Assembly: GCA_964016885.1 (NCBI GenBank)
Contig: OZ024740.1
Coordinates: 266,910,001 to 266,974,000 of the forward strand
From: Eledone cirrhosa
Lineage: Eukaryota
Direction: 5' to 3'
DNA: 64,000 nucleotides
Of this stretch, positions 11,842 to 24,791 are shown in pieces; within the stretch, counting starts at the first letter, position 1; each line of letters starts with the position of its first letter. The position numbers and the translations under genes are program-made. The notes under the pieces were generated by a model. The model did no database searches. It worked only from the letters and a program-made list of their open reading frames with translations, and had not been told where the DNA came from.

Positions 11842-14800
11842 ATGGCCATAATAAGAGTAGGAAGTTTAAATGTTCGCGGCCTGGGGTCACCCTGGAAGCA
11901 GGGTCTCCTGCTCAACGACCTCAGGTCGCTGGAAATGGATGTGATTGCCGTCAGCGAGACCAGAATTTCCGATACGCGCGCACTAGCCCCCATTTTCGAC
12001 GACTATCAGATCTTCGCATCTGTTAGCAGGCCGGGAATGGGGGCTGGGGTGGAAGTGCTGTTTAGGAAAGGACTGGATCTCGAGTTAAGGTCGATCTTCC
12101 GGGACCCGGACGGTAAGTTGGTGGTCTTGGATGTGAGCAGTAGCGAAGGTGGTGCCTTTAGACTGCTGGCCGTCTACGCCCCTACAGGGGCCGGACGACC
12201 GGTCTTCTTTAGGCGCCTGGAGACCTTTCTGGGTACGTCTCGCCCTTTACTGTTAGCGGGGGACTGGAATGGCATCTTAGACGCACGCTGGGATTGTGTG
12301 GGAGTAGTCGATAGGAGAGGGGGGTGCAAAAGCCTCAAGCACCTACTCAGCCAGTTCCAACTGTCTGACAGGTATCGACTAGATTTCCCCAATGTGCCAG
12401 TATGGACATGGGCCAACCGAATGGGGTCATCTAGATCGTATATAGACAGGATCTTCATTAAGAAAATAGATAGAAATAGTGTAGGCTGCCCACTTTTTAA
12501 AACGGTCGCCTATTCAGATCACAAATTTGTGATCTGTATGGTCGACCTAGATAAAACGCGTAGGTTAGGACCGGGTTACTGGAAGCTGAACATGTCATTT
12601 CCGGCACGTAAGGCTTACAGGGACCGAGTCAACAATTTAGTTAAGCAAAAGTTGACAGGGGGATCAACAACAGATGGTGGGGGTCTCTCAAAAGAGAGAT
12701 TATAGTTACTTCGATAGAGTTCAGCAAAGAACTAGCGTTAGAGAAAAATAGAAAGGAGGAGGAGCTGGTAGATAAGTTAGATAAGGCTATTTGTAGTGGC
12801 ATTGCAACTGACGTGCTAGCGGCGAGAATGGCATTAGACCATTTCTTCAATGCGAAACACGAAGGTTGCATTGTCAGAGCTAAGGCGCGTGCGCTGAGAA
12901 ACGAGGGAAACCAAAGCTGTTCGATGGAACCGCGTGGTGGAGGCGCAGCGTGGTAATAAAACCACAATTCGGTCTTTGGCGGACCGAAACGGACACGAGA
13001 TAAGCGATTCCAAGCGGATGTGTGAGGCCTTTCGCCAGCACTTTGCTCGGTTGTTCGGGGAGAGTGGCGAGTTAGAGAGAGTAGCGGATTTCAGTCCCTA
13101 CCTTGACGGCTTGCCGCGCATCTCGACGGTCGACGCTGAGCGCTGCGAAAGGCCGATTACTTCAGCCGAAATTCAGGACGCCCTTGTCGGCTGCATGAGG
13201 CGCAAGTCACCCGGTTTGGATGGCCTGACCTACGAGCTTTACATAAATATGCCAGACTTGTTCTCCGATCTCCTCGAAGCACTCTACTGCAACTGGCAGC
13301 AGAATGGGAGTATTCCCAGTTCTGTGAGCAGGAGAGTGGTGACGCTGATAAGGAAAGACGAGAACAAGAGGGATACATTAGACAACTTCAGGCCCATAAC
13401 CCTGCTCAACACAGAGTTTAAGATTTTGGCCAAGGTGTTAGAAAAGAGATTGGCGCTTGTCGTCGAAGATTTGGTTGGGGAGGCGCAAACTTGCGCAATC
13501 CCAGCCAGGTCCATACACGACAATCTCCACCTCATGCGATACATCATAGAGAGGGTAGGGTGTAAACCTGGCTTTGATGGGGCACTGATCAATTTAGATA
13601 AATCGAATGCATTCGATAGGGTCGACCATCGGTATCTGCAGTTTGTCCTCAAAGCAGCTGGCTTCGGCCCTGTCTTCAGAAGCTGGATCGCTGCACTTCA
13701 CAGCGGTACACGCTCGGTGGTCAAGGTTAATGGCCACCTCTCGGAACCATTTCGGCTCTCCCGATCGGTCCGTCAAGGATGCCCTCTCTCTTCCCTTCTG
13801 TACGTATTGACTCTCGAGCCTTTACTGCGGAAGCTGGAGCTGTAGCAGTGCATCCCGCTCGAACCGGGACGTGGAAAGGCGGTGTCGGCTTATGCGGACG
13901 ACATCACCGTGATGGTGTCGAACACCTCAGAAATCGAGGTGGTCTGCACCTTATTGAAGGAATATGAAAGGTTGACAGGAGCCAAACTTAACCCGGAAAA
14001 GTCGGTGGGCTTGCAGCTCGGAACCTGGAGAGGAAAGCCCATGCCGTCCAACAGCGTTGTGGAGCGCTGGACGGACGGACCGGTAAAGTTGTTGGGGGTT
14101 TGGTTCGGACCAGACCTCCAGGTGGAAAAGAATTGGGACGAGGTAACGAGCAGAGTAGCCAGTCTCACCCCAAAATGGGCTGGGAGGAAGCTATCACTGA
14201 AAAGTCGCGCGGAGGTGGCGAATGCATACATCGCGTCCGTCATCTACTACCGCCTGACCGTCGTGCTTTGCCCCCGTCCGCGCCTCGTCAAGTTGGAACG
14301 TCTCCTCTACAAATTCTTGTGGGGGGGACAAGTTCCGTTGGTGAGGCGATCCATCTGCTGCCAGCACCCTCTACGCGGAGGGCTGGGCATGCCGTGGCTA
14401 ATGATGCGCAGTTGAGGCTGCGACATCTCCAGATATTCTGCCTAAACGGTGAACAGGTGTAGTCGCCGTTTATCAGACGGGCCTTTCCGCAGCTCATTTC
14501 TTTGACTGAGCTGCAGTCCTTGGTCAAGAAGAGACCGAGACTGGGTGACTGGCACCTGGAATGTTGCCAGGCACTCACTGCCCTCTACCAAGCGGGCAAC
14601 TCGATCAGTGGAACTTCCACTCTCGAGTTCTATAGAGGATTAGTGGTGGGCAAGTGCGATGACGCACTCGGAGAAGCTTTGGGCCTCTACGAAGTCGAAC
14701 TGACCAGTTTGAACCGGAGGACTTTCGAGCCGGGGACGATGGACAATTTCCAGAAATCCCTCGCTTGGCAGTGCTACCGGGGGGCACTGCCGGTTCGGGA

Positions 14801-15254
14801 TAAACTCTACAGGCACGAAAGTGCTGTCAGACGGACCTGCCCAAGATGCGCACAGAACGACGAAACCGTTCTGCACGCACTTGTCCAATGTCCGTGCATT
14901 ACTGACTTGTGGAGTTATGTCGAACAGCTACTATCGCGTGTGGAACGAATCCGGCTATAGGCCGAGTCCATAGTGAAGATCGACCCGCCGCCTTCCTTAG
15001 GTCAGGAAAAGCAGGAAATGTTCCTCTGTCTGGTGGCAGTTGCGAAAGAGGTTATATGGTGGACCAGATTAAAAGGACTGAAGACAGACACTTTTCTCTT
15101 CGTTCAATCCCTCATCAACTTCTTCAAGATTCACCTGGAAAGGAAGGTGAGGGTGGAGAGAGAAGTGCTTCCCCCCAGTACATTTGCTAAAAGGTGGATG
15201 AATGTGGCGAGAATGGCTCGTGTGAATGGGCCTACTCTCACCATGCGCCTATAG
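11842..15254 (+). pseudogene. Tx1 family A ORF2 (APE endonuclease + RT + zinc finger), disrupted
   Basis: SLNVRGL, GDWN, SDH, PGLDG, RPITLLN, QGCPLS, YADD and CPRC...H...C motifs spread over several ORF pieces by stops and frameshifts. Confidence 0.92.
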
Positions 15255-15510
15255 GCTAGCTAACTTGAGGAGAGGGGTGCTCTCCCTGGGTGCCCTAGAA
15301 GCGGAGGGTGGTTCAGCATTGGTGGGGTACCCGAGTCACCCCAGGGAATTTATTTTGTTATATTTATGCATAGTTTATTTTATATTTTTATATCTTCATT
15401 GTTAAATTAGTCTTGCCATTGTGCACTTTTACTCGACCTTATTGTAAACCCCCACTCTCCCTGTCTTTGTATTGTCCCCTACATGTCGGCTCTTGTGGCT
15501 AATAAATGAA

Positions 15511-15564
<54 letters not shown>

Positions 15565-15778
15565 GAATGTCATGGTTGACGGAGGCTCGGCTCTGTAAGG
15601 TATAGTAATTTTTAACCGCTATAACAATTGTAAATTGTTTAAAACTTTAGCCAAATTGTAGATTAAAAACACCCTCCTCCTCGTGAGAGGGGTCTTTCTC
15701 CCCGTTATTTGTCCCTTCGGGGTTAAATAACCGCTTATTGGGGTTTTGTGCCCAATATTCATTTTAAACCAAAAAAAC

Positions 15779-17950
15779 ATGGCTACAAAAAAGAATTTTC
15801 ACAAGTCACTCCCACTCATTCCGTCTTCTTCTTCTTCAATCGTCACTACACCAGATAGAAGATTGTCTCTCTCCCTCCCTTCTCTAAATCTGCCTCTCTC
15901 CCTCCCTTCTCTTTCGCAAGCGACGCCAGTAAAGAAAAAGAAAAATATAGTTTCTGATAGTTTCCAAGAGCACGTGCATACCGTGGAACATTTCTCCACG
16001 ACGACGACAACGACGAAAAATGTGTGCGGTAAATGCGGAAAGCCATTTCATTCGTCTGACGTCATGAATAATAGCAGTAGCAGTCGTAATAACAGCAGCA
16101 GCAGCAACAGTGACAAGGAAAACAATAGTAGCAGCCGCAACAGCATCATCAGCAGCATAAACAACAACAGCAGCAGCAACAACAACAACAACAGCAACAG
16201 CAGCAGCAACAACAACAACAACCACAGCAACAGCGGCGGCGGCAGTCGTAGTACCAGCAGCAACAACAAAAGTAACAGCAGCTCTGACGTCGACAAAAAC
16301 AACAACAAGAAAGAAAAACCAATCTTGTTTGCAGGTATCGCAAAGAACTTGGAAACCATCCTTATAACAAATGAGGAATTACAGGAAGCAAAGAAGATGG
16401 TGACGAAAACCGGACACCGAGCAATCTGCAAAGCAGCCGAAAAGTTTTTCGAAACCCAACAGCACTGTACGGTCACGTACCGTACAGTAAGCACAAAATC
16501 CCGTAGGGTTGAAAGAGCCACATAGGCTCAAGTACAAAAAGCCTTGGGGTCTGTGTGGCAGCGGAAAACGCATATCACCCCAGGCAAAAAGTATGCCACC
16601 GAGGACGTGCTCTTTGCCACACCCCAAGAGGCAAAGGCTCAATCCTTATTGACCCTAAGGAGCGAGGAAATAGCGTTGGTGCCCTCCTACTGCGGGCAAA
16701 AAATTGTGAGGGTCAAACTGACCCACGTCGTCTCCCCCCCCCCCCCGCGATCGCCCCTTTTTGGCTGGCCGCGTCTGTCCTCGTCGGAATCGAGGACAAA
16801 ACAACTGTAATGCAAGTACAGAAAAAAGTAAGAGAAGATTGGGTCGGCACCTCCATTGCGATGTTAATCCAAACCAACCAGGAGTGCATAGAAGCTATCC
16901 CGGATGTGATAGACTTCGATAACGGCACTCAACTGCCGATAAGTGTTGAGGGCAAACGCCCGAAATGCTTTCGCTGTGGATCGAAGACTCACCTCAGGGC
17001 CTTCTGCAATGAGAAGAGCCTGAGAAAGGAGAAACCCCCCCTCCTTCCGAAACCGGCTCCACTGCTACCAGCAACAGGACAGGCGGCAACCAGGAAGGAT
17101 AGGTCCGTGGCACCCATACCCACGCCACGGAAATCAAGAACAGCAGCAGCAGTGGAAGTATTAACAACAACAACAGTAATACCAACTGCAGCTGCAACAG
17201 AGACTCCATTGCAAACATCACCAACAACAACAAGTGAAAGAGTGGAGCTGGTACCCCTCCCCGACCTCACAGAATCGGACATGGAGTGTGAGGTGGGAGA
17301 GGGATGGCAAAAGGTCGCAAGAAGGCACAAACGCAGAAGCAGCGCATCGTCGCCTTCGAAAAGGGAGGAAAGAAATGAAAAAAGGGTAAAGGCTACTGCA
17401 AAGAGACTTACAGCAGCAACACCACCAACACCATCACTACCCACACTAGCACCACCAGAACCACCGGCGGCAACCCCACCGCCAACAACAACAACACCTT
17501 CAACACCACCACCACAAGCACCAACATCGCAAACACACCAACAAAACACATACACCCTGCAACAACGACAAGAAAATAGCAGAACCACACCCACCCCCAG
17601 AAAAACAAATGCACAGCAATAAATACACACAACAAGAAACTAATGACTTACATAATTGAACACACAGACATTTCACAGCACGACTACATAATACCAGCAC
17701 TAATCAAAACACCAACGAACATAAGACTGGTAAGAATAGCACAGAAACAATACACAAACATTAAAACGAAATTCCCCAACGCAGTTGGTGATTTCAGAGA
17801 CCTAGGAGGGACACTCAACCGGAGAGTATATTCGGATATACTCACAGAAGAGCCGACGACCAGCCGAAGGGACGATTCAACGGTCCCTTCACCAGACGAT
17901 CAAGTGAAAAGGGATGGAGAAACCATTCTTCCTCTACGAGAAGTAAGGTG
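15779..17950 (+). pseudogene. Tx1 family B ORF1, disrupted
   Basis: MATKK start, N/S-rich tract, CFRCGSKTHLRAFC knuckle; stop at ~16523 and frameshifts. Confidence 0.85.
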
Positions 17951-17978
17951 TTTCCCATCTTTTCCACTCCATTTCAAC

Positions 17979-20900
17979 ATGACCTCACTCAGAATAGGCA
18001 GCATAAATGCGCGTGGCTTGGGGTCGTCATGGAAGCAGGGCCACCTGTTCAACGACCTCAAGTCACTAAAAATAGATGTAGTGGCCATCAGCGAGACCAG
18101 AATCTCCGAAGCACGGGCCTTCGCACCGATCTTCGGCGGCTACGATGTGTACGCATCTCCCAGCCGTCCTGGATCGGGGGTAGGAGTTGCTGTGCTTTTT
18201 CGGAGAGGCTTGGATCTCGCCATACGGGCCATCTTCCTGGACCCAGAAGGTAAGTTGGTGGTGCTGGATGTGACCAGCGGAGACGGGCAAACTTTCAGGC
18301 TAGTGGCCGTCTATGCCCCGACAGGCGCAGGGCGGCCTGATTTCTTCCGGCGTCTGGAGACCTTTCTAGGAGCGTCCCGCTCTTTAGTGTAAAGTGGGCG
18401 ACTGGAACGGAATCTTAGATGCACGCTGGGACTGTGTGGGATTAGCGGATAGGGGAAGAGGGTGCAAAAGCCTCACCAAACTAGTCAGGCGTTTTGAAAT
18501 GTCTGACAGATAACGATTGGATTTTCCGAATGTGCCAATGTGGACTTGGACAAACCGCATAGGGTCATCCAGATCATATCTAGATAGAGTATTTTGTAGG
18601 GAAAAAGATAGGTCTAGCATAGGCTGTCCACAATTCAAGATAGTCAGCTACACGGACCACAAATTCGTGATCTGTGTGCTTGACTTAGATAGGCTTCATA
18701 GACGAGGACCCGGCTACTGGAAGCTAAACGCGTCCTTACCAGCGCGCAAGGCCTACAGAGACCGGATTAGCGAACTAGTTAAGCGGGCGTTGACGGGGGC
18801 CATCGTCAACAACAAGTGGTGGTTTGCTCTGAAAAGAGCGATTAGAATAGAATCCATTAGGTTTAGTAAGGCTTTAGCAATAGAGAAAAATAGAGCAGAG
18901 GGAGAACTAGTTATAAAATTAGACGAGGCGCTTAGCAAAGGCATCGCGACCGACGTGCTTGCGGCGAAATTGGCCCTTGACCAATTCTTCAATGCAAAGC
19001 ACGAATGCTGCGTTGTCAGAGCAAGGGTGCGTGCTCTCAGACACGAGGAGACGAAAGCCGTTCAATGGGCCCGAGTGGCGGAGGCGCGTCGTGGCAACAA
19101 ATCCACGATCCGGTCTTTGGTGGACCACGACGGGCGCATGCTACTCGATCCCGGATAAATGTGTGAAGCTTTTCAGCGACACTTCGCTCAGCTGTTCGGG
19201 GGCAGCGGTGGGCCGGGTCGAGGAATGGACTTTAGTGTCTACCTCGACGGACTGCCGCGGCTCTCGGCCACTGAGGCAGAGTGTTGCGAAAAGCCGATAA
19301 CAGCCGCTGAAGTACGGGAGGCAATGACTGGCTGCACAAGGGGTAAATCGCTTGGTTTGGATGGTCTGCCCTATGAGCTTTACGCACAGATGCCAGACTT
19401 GTTCGGAGGCCTCTTGGCGGACGTCTACTGAAACTGGCAACAGAACGGGAGAATTCCCAGTTCTGTGAGCCGATGAGCGGTGACGCTGCTGAGAAAGGAT
19501 CCGAACAAGGGGGATAACATAGATAATATCAGGCCCATAACTCTGCTAAACACAGAGTTCAAGATTTTAGCCAAGGTGCTAGCAAAGAGGTTGGCGCTTG
19601 TCGTTGGTGGTCTGGTGGAGGAGGCGCAGACATGCACCATTCCCGACAGATCCATCCACGACAACCTCCACCTCATGCGATACATCGTAGAGAGGGTAGC
19701 TAGGGAACCTGGCACGGGTGGGTCCTTGATCAATTTAGATCAGTCGAAAGCTTTCCATAGGGTCGACCATCGTTACCTAGCGGCAGTCCTGAGGGCGGCT
19801 GGCTTTGGGCCCGTCTTCAGAGGCTGGATTGCTGCCATGCACAGCGACATCTGCTCTGTGGTGAGAGTGAACGGTCACCTTTCGGAACCGTTCAACATCA
19901 TGTGTTCGGTCCGCCAAGGATGTCCCCTCTCGTCCCTCTTGCACGTATTGACTCTCGAGCCATTACTGCACAAACTGGAGACGTTGAGGGGTGTCCCGCG
20001 CGAACTAGGATACGGAAGATCCGTGTCATATGCGGACGATGTCACCGTAGTGGTGTCGAACGCCAAACACATTGAGGCGATCGGCACTACACTAAGAGAA
20101 TACGAAGCGGTGACAGGAGCAATGATCAACCAGGAAAAGTCAGTGGGCCTGCAGCTCGGCACCTGGAGAAGCAGGTCCATCCCGTCCAACACCGTCGTCG
20201 GGCGCTGGACGGACGGACCGGTTAAATTGCTAGGGGTCTGGTTCGGTCCGGACCTCCAGACGGACAAAAACTGGGACGAGGTGACGAGCAGGCTGGCTTC
20301 TCTCACCCAGAAATGGGCAGAGAGGAAGCTATCCCTGAGGTCGAGCGGAGGTGGTTAATGCGTACATCGCGTCCGTCATCTGCTAACGCCTGACCGTCGT
20401 ACCTTGTCCTAAGCCCCGCCTGACTGCGCTGGAACGTTTGCTCTTTCGCTTTTTGTGGAAGGGACGCGCTCCGATGGTCAGGCGGTCCATCTGTTGTCAA
20501 CACCCGCTACGTGGAGGGCTGAGCATGCCGTGGCTGATGATGCGCAGACACGCGCTCAGGCTACGACATCTCCATCTCTTCCTCGACGGTGATCAAGTGT
20601 GGTCGCCGTTTGCTAGACGCGTCTTTCCCCAGCTCGTCTCCTTGACGGAGCTGCAGTCCTGGGTCAAGCGAAGACCGAGAGGGAGCGCTTGGAGACTGGA
20701 ATGTCTTCAGGCGATCACAGCTATCGACCAATCGGACAATGTGATCGGTGGAATCTCCACCTCAGCGTTCTATAGAGGATTAGTGGAGGGGAAGAGCGAC
20801 GATGTACTTGGGGAAACTCTAGGCCTCGACGAAAATTAACTTCTTTGGAAGAACTTTCGGGCCGGGGCCTGTGGACAACTTCCAGAAATCCCTGGCCTGG

Positions 20901-21386
20901 CAGTGCTACCGAGGAGCCTTGCCAGTTCGGGATAAACTCTACAGGCATGGAGGTGCCGTCAGCCGGGAATGTCCGAGATGCACGCAGGGCGACGAAACCG
21001 TCCTGCACTCACTCGTCCAGTGTCCGAGAATTACTGACTTGTGGGTTTATGTCGATCACCTGCTGTCGCGTGTAGGACGGATCCGACTATCATCTGAGTC
21101 CATCGTGAGGATTGCCCCGCTCTCTTCCTTTAGCCGGGAAGGGCAGGCAATTTTTATCTGTCTGGTGGCCATGGCGAAAGAGAGAGTATGGTGGATACGT
21201 TTGAAAGGGCTGAAGACGAGTACTTACCTCTTCGGTGATGCCCTGATTGACTTTTTCAAATTTCATTTGAAAAGGAAAATCAGGGTAAAGAGGGAAGTGC
21301 TGTCTTCCCAGCATTTTGTTGAAAGATGGGTGAGAGAAGCAAGAATGGCCCGAGTAAATGGGCCTACTCTGAGTATGTGTCTGTAA
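17979..21386 (+). pseudogene. Tx1 family B ORF2, disrupted
   Basis: Collinear with the intact ORF2 at 24792-28211 but carries multiple stops and indels. Confidence 0.93.
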
Positions 21387-21652
21387 ATTAAAGGTGGGAA
21401 AGGGCACTGTATATTAAAACTGGGAAAGGGCACTTACTCTGGTGGTCAGGGTCACTGTGGCCTTTTAATGGGCTTTCTCCACAAATGTCCCTCCGAAGTC
21501 TCCCCCCTATTGGGGAATTTTTCATTGTTATTTTTTTGTTACATCCTCTGTTTTTGTTTTTTACACGCAGAAATGCCCATTTGTACCGTCCCGTATTTCC
21601 TGTACTGTCCTTAATGTCTACTTTATGTAAACCCTTGTGGCCAATAAAGAAA

Positions 21653-21684
<32 letters not shown>

Positions 21685-22402
21685 TTGCGCATTATCACTG
21701 CATTACTGAGCGTAGCTCTGTGCGCTTTGGGCATGTACAGTGTTGTTTTTGGTGGTGTTTATTCTATTGTATTGAGAATACTCTTGGTAAAATGTGTGCA
21801 GTGCCTAGTAGTGCTATTTGTTTTGTATGTTGTATATATTTGTAAGTCCTGGGGTTTGGGCTATGTATTTGTCTGTGTTTTTTTTAGGATTCCCAGAGCA
21901 CCTATTATTATAGGTATTGTTTCTATTTTCATTTTCCACATTCGAATTATCTCTTGATCTTTATATTTGGAGAGTTTCTCTACTTCATTGGAAGATATAT
22001 TGTCGTCTGTGGGCATTCATACATAGCAAGATAGCAATCTTTGTGGTCTTTGACTATAACATCTGGTCGGTTGGCTTTGATCTCTCTGTCTGTATGTATT
22101 GGCATATCCCAGAGAATAGTTGTTTTGTTATCCTCTGATACCGTTTCTCGTATGTGTTTGTACCATCGTCATTCTGTTGGTATTTCACAATGCTGGCATA
22201 ACTTCCAATGTATGAAGGTCCCAACTCTATTTTTCCTGTGGATATATTCCTTTTTGACTAGAGCTGGGCATCCAGTAACAATGTGGTTGATTGTTTCTTC
22301 ACTATCTGCACATATTCTACTTATTGTGCTTTGTTTCATTGTGTACTTCTAGTAGTTTCTGGGAGATAGGCTTTGGTCTTGTGCCTCGGAGCCAGTTTTG
22401 TG

Positions 22403-22403
<1 letters not shown>
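21685..22403 (-). mobile_element. R4/Dong-clade RLE non-LTR element, 5'-truncated, inside (TAA)n
   Basis: My minus-strand translation gives AQDQ...ETINHIVTGC...ILWDMPIHTDREIKANRPD...KYKD...IPIIIGALG; (TAA)n on both sides. Confidence 0.8.
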
Positions 22404-22441
<38 letters not shown>

Positions 22442-22654
22442 GAATGCCATGGTTGACGGAGGCTCGGCTCTGTAAGGTATAGTAATTTTTAACCGTTAAA
22501 ACAATTGTAAATTGTTTAAAACTTGAACCAAATTGTTGATAAAGACACCCTCCTCCTCGTGAGAGGGGTCTTTCTGTCCGTTATTTGGCCCTTCGGGGTT
22601 AAATAACCAGTTATTGGGGTTTTGTACCCAAAATTTCATTTTAAACAAAAAAAC

Positions 22655-24756
22655 ATGGCTACCAAAAAGAAATTTCATACGTCACTCCCACTCATTCCGT
22701 CTTCTTCTTCCTCAATCATCACTACAGCAGAGAGAAGATTGTCTCTCTCCCTCCCTTCTTTAAATGTGTCTCTCTCCCTCCTCCCTCCCTTCTCTTTCGC
22801 AAGCGACGAAAGAAAAGAAAAGTCTCGTGCAAAGCGTGCAAGGTTTCTCCACGACGACGACGACAGCGACGAAACAGGTGTGCGGGAAATACGAAAACCC
22901 AGTTCATTCGTCTGACGTCAGGAATAATAGCAGTAGCAGCCGTAATAACAACAGCAACAGTGACAATGAAAACAACAGTAGCAGCCGCAACAGCATCACC
23001 AGCAGCATAAACAACAACAGCATTAGCAGCAGCAACACCAACAACAACCACAGCAACAGCGGCAGTAGTCGTAGTACCTGCAGCAACAACAAAAGTACCA
23101 GCAGCTCTGACGACAACAACAACAGCAGAGAAAAACCAATCTCATTTGCAGGTATTGCGAAAAACTTGGAAACAATCCTCATAACAAATGAGGAATTAGA
23201 GGAAGCGAAGAAGATGGTGACAAAGAACGGACACCGAGCAATCTGCAAGGCAGCGAAAAATTTTTTCGAAACCCAAGAGCACTGTACGGTCACGTACCGT
23301 ACAGTAAGTACAAAATCCCGTAGGGTGGAAAGAGCCACAGAGGCCCAAATACAAAAAGCCTTGGGGTCTGTGTGGCAGAGGAAAACGCACATCACCCGAG
23401 GCAAAAAATACGCCACCGTAGACGTACTTTTTGCCACACCCCAGGAGGCAAAGGCCCAATCAGTAGTGACCCTAAGGAGCGAGGAAATGGTGTTGGTGCC
23501 CTCCTACTGCGGGCAAAAAATTGTGAGGGTCAAACTGACCCACGTCCCCCCCCCCCGGAATGACCCCTTCTTGGCTGGCCGCGTCTGTCCTCGTCGGAAT
23601 CGAGGACAAAACAACTGTACTGCAAGTACAGAAAAAAGTAAGAGAAGATTGGGTCGGCTCCTCCATTGAGATGCTAATCCAAACCAACCAGGAGTGCATC
23701 GAAGCTATCCCGGATGTGATAGACTTCGATAACGGCACTCAACTGCCCATAAGTGTTGAGGGCAAACGCCCGAAATGCTTTCGCTGTGGATCGAAGACTC
23801 ACCTCAGGGCCTTCTGCAACGAGAAGACCCTGAGAAAGGAGAAAACCCCCCTCCTTCCGAATCCGGCTCCACGGCTACCAGCAACAGGACAAGCGGCAAC
23901 CAGGAACGATAGGTCCGTGGCACCCATACCCACTCCACGGAAATCAAAGACAGCAGCAGCAGTGGAAATATTAACAACAACAACAGCAATACCAAATGCA
24001 GCTGCAACAGAGACTCCAGTGCAAACATCACCAACAACAACAAGTGAAAGAGTGGAGCTGGTACCCCTCCCCGACCTTACAGAATTAGACATGGAGTGTG
24101 AGGTGGGAGAGGGATGGCAAAAGGTCGCAAGAAGGCACAAACGCAGAAGCAGCGCATCGTCGCCTTTGAAAAGGGAGGAAAGAAATGAGAAAAGGGTAAA
24201 GTCTACTGCAAAGAGACCCACAGCAGCAACACCACCAACACCATCACCACCCACACCAGCACCACCATCACCACCGGCGACAACCCCACCGCCAACAACA
24301 CCTTCAACACCACCACCACAAGCACCAACATCGCAAACACAACAACAAAACACACACACCCAGCAACAACGACAAGAAAATAGCAGAACCACACCCCACC
24401 CCCAGAAAAACAAATGCACGGCAATAAACACACACAACAAGAAACTAATGACTTACATAATTGAACACACAGACATTTCACAACAGGACTACATAATACC
24501 AGCACCAATCAAAACGCCAACTAACATAAGACTGCTAAAAATAGCACAGAAACAATACACAAACATTAAAACGAAATTCCCCAACGCAGTTGGTGATTTC
24601 AGGGACCTAGGAGGAACCATTAATCGAAGAGTATATTCAGACATTCTCTTAGAAGAGCCGACGACCAGCCGAAGGGACGATTCAACGGTCCCTTCACCAG
24701 ACGATCAAGTGAAAAGGGATGTAAAAACCATCCCTCCTCTACCAAAAGTACGGTAA
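22655..24756 (+). CDS. Tx1 ORF1 nucleic-acid-binding protein with CCHC knuckle (two frameshifts in low-complexity tracts)
   Basis: ORF pieces 22622-22915, 22764-23669 and 23560-24756 join at a CT-rich tract (~22790) and a C11 run (23546-23556). Confidence 0.75.
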
Positions 24757-24791
24757 GTGGTCTTTCTCATCTTTTCCACTCTATTTTAAAC

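Larger units (their letters stand above)
9627..15564 (+). mobile_element. Tx1-clade (L1 superfamily) non-LTR retrotransposon, family A, full length, decayed
   Basis: 5' UTR, ORF1, APE-RT ORF2, 3' UTR with AATAAA and (ATT)n tail 15511-15564. Confidence 0.9.
15565..21684 (+). mobile_element. Tx1-clade LINE, family B, full length, decayed
   Basis: Same 5' end as the element at 22442 (gaatgYcatggttgacggaggctcgg); (ATT)n tail 21655-21684. Confidence 0.92.
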
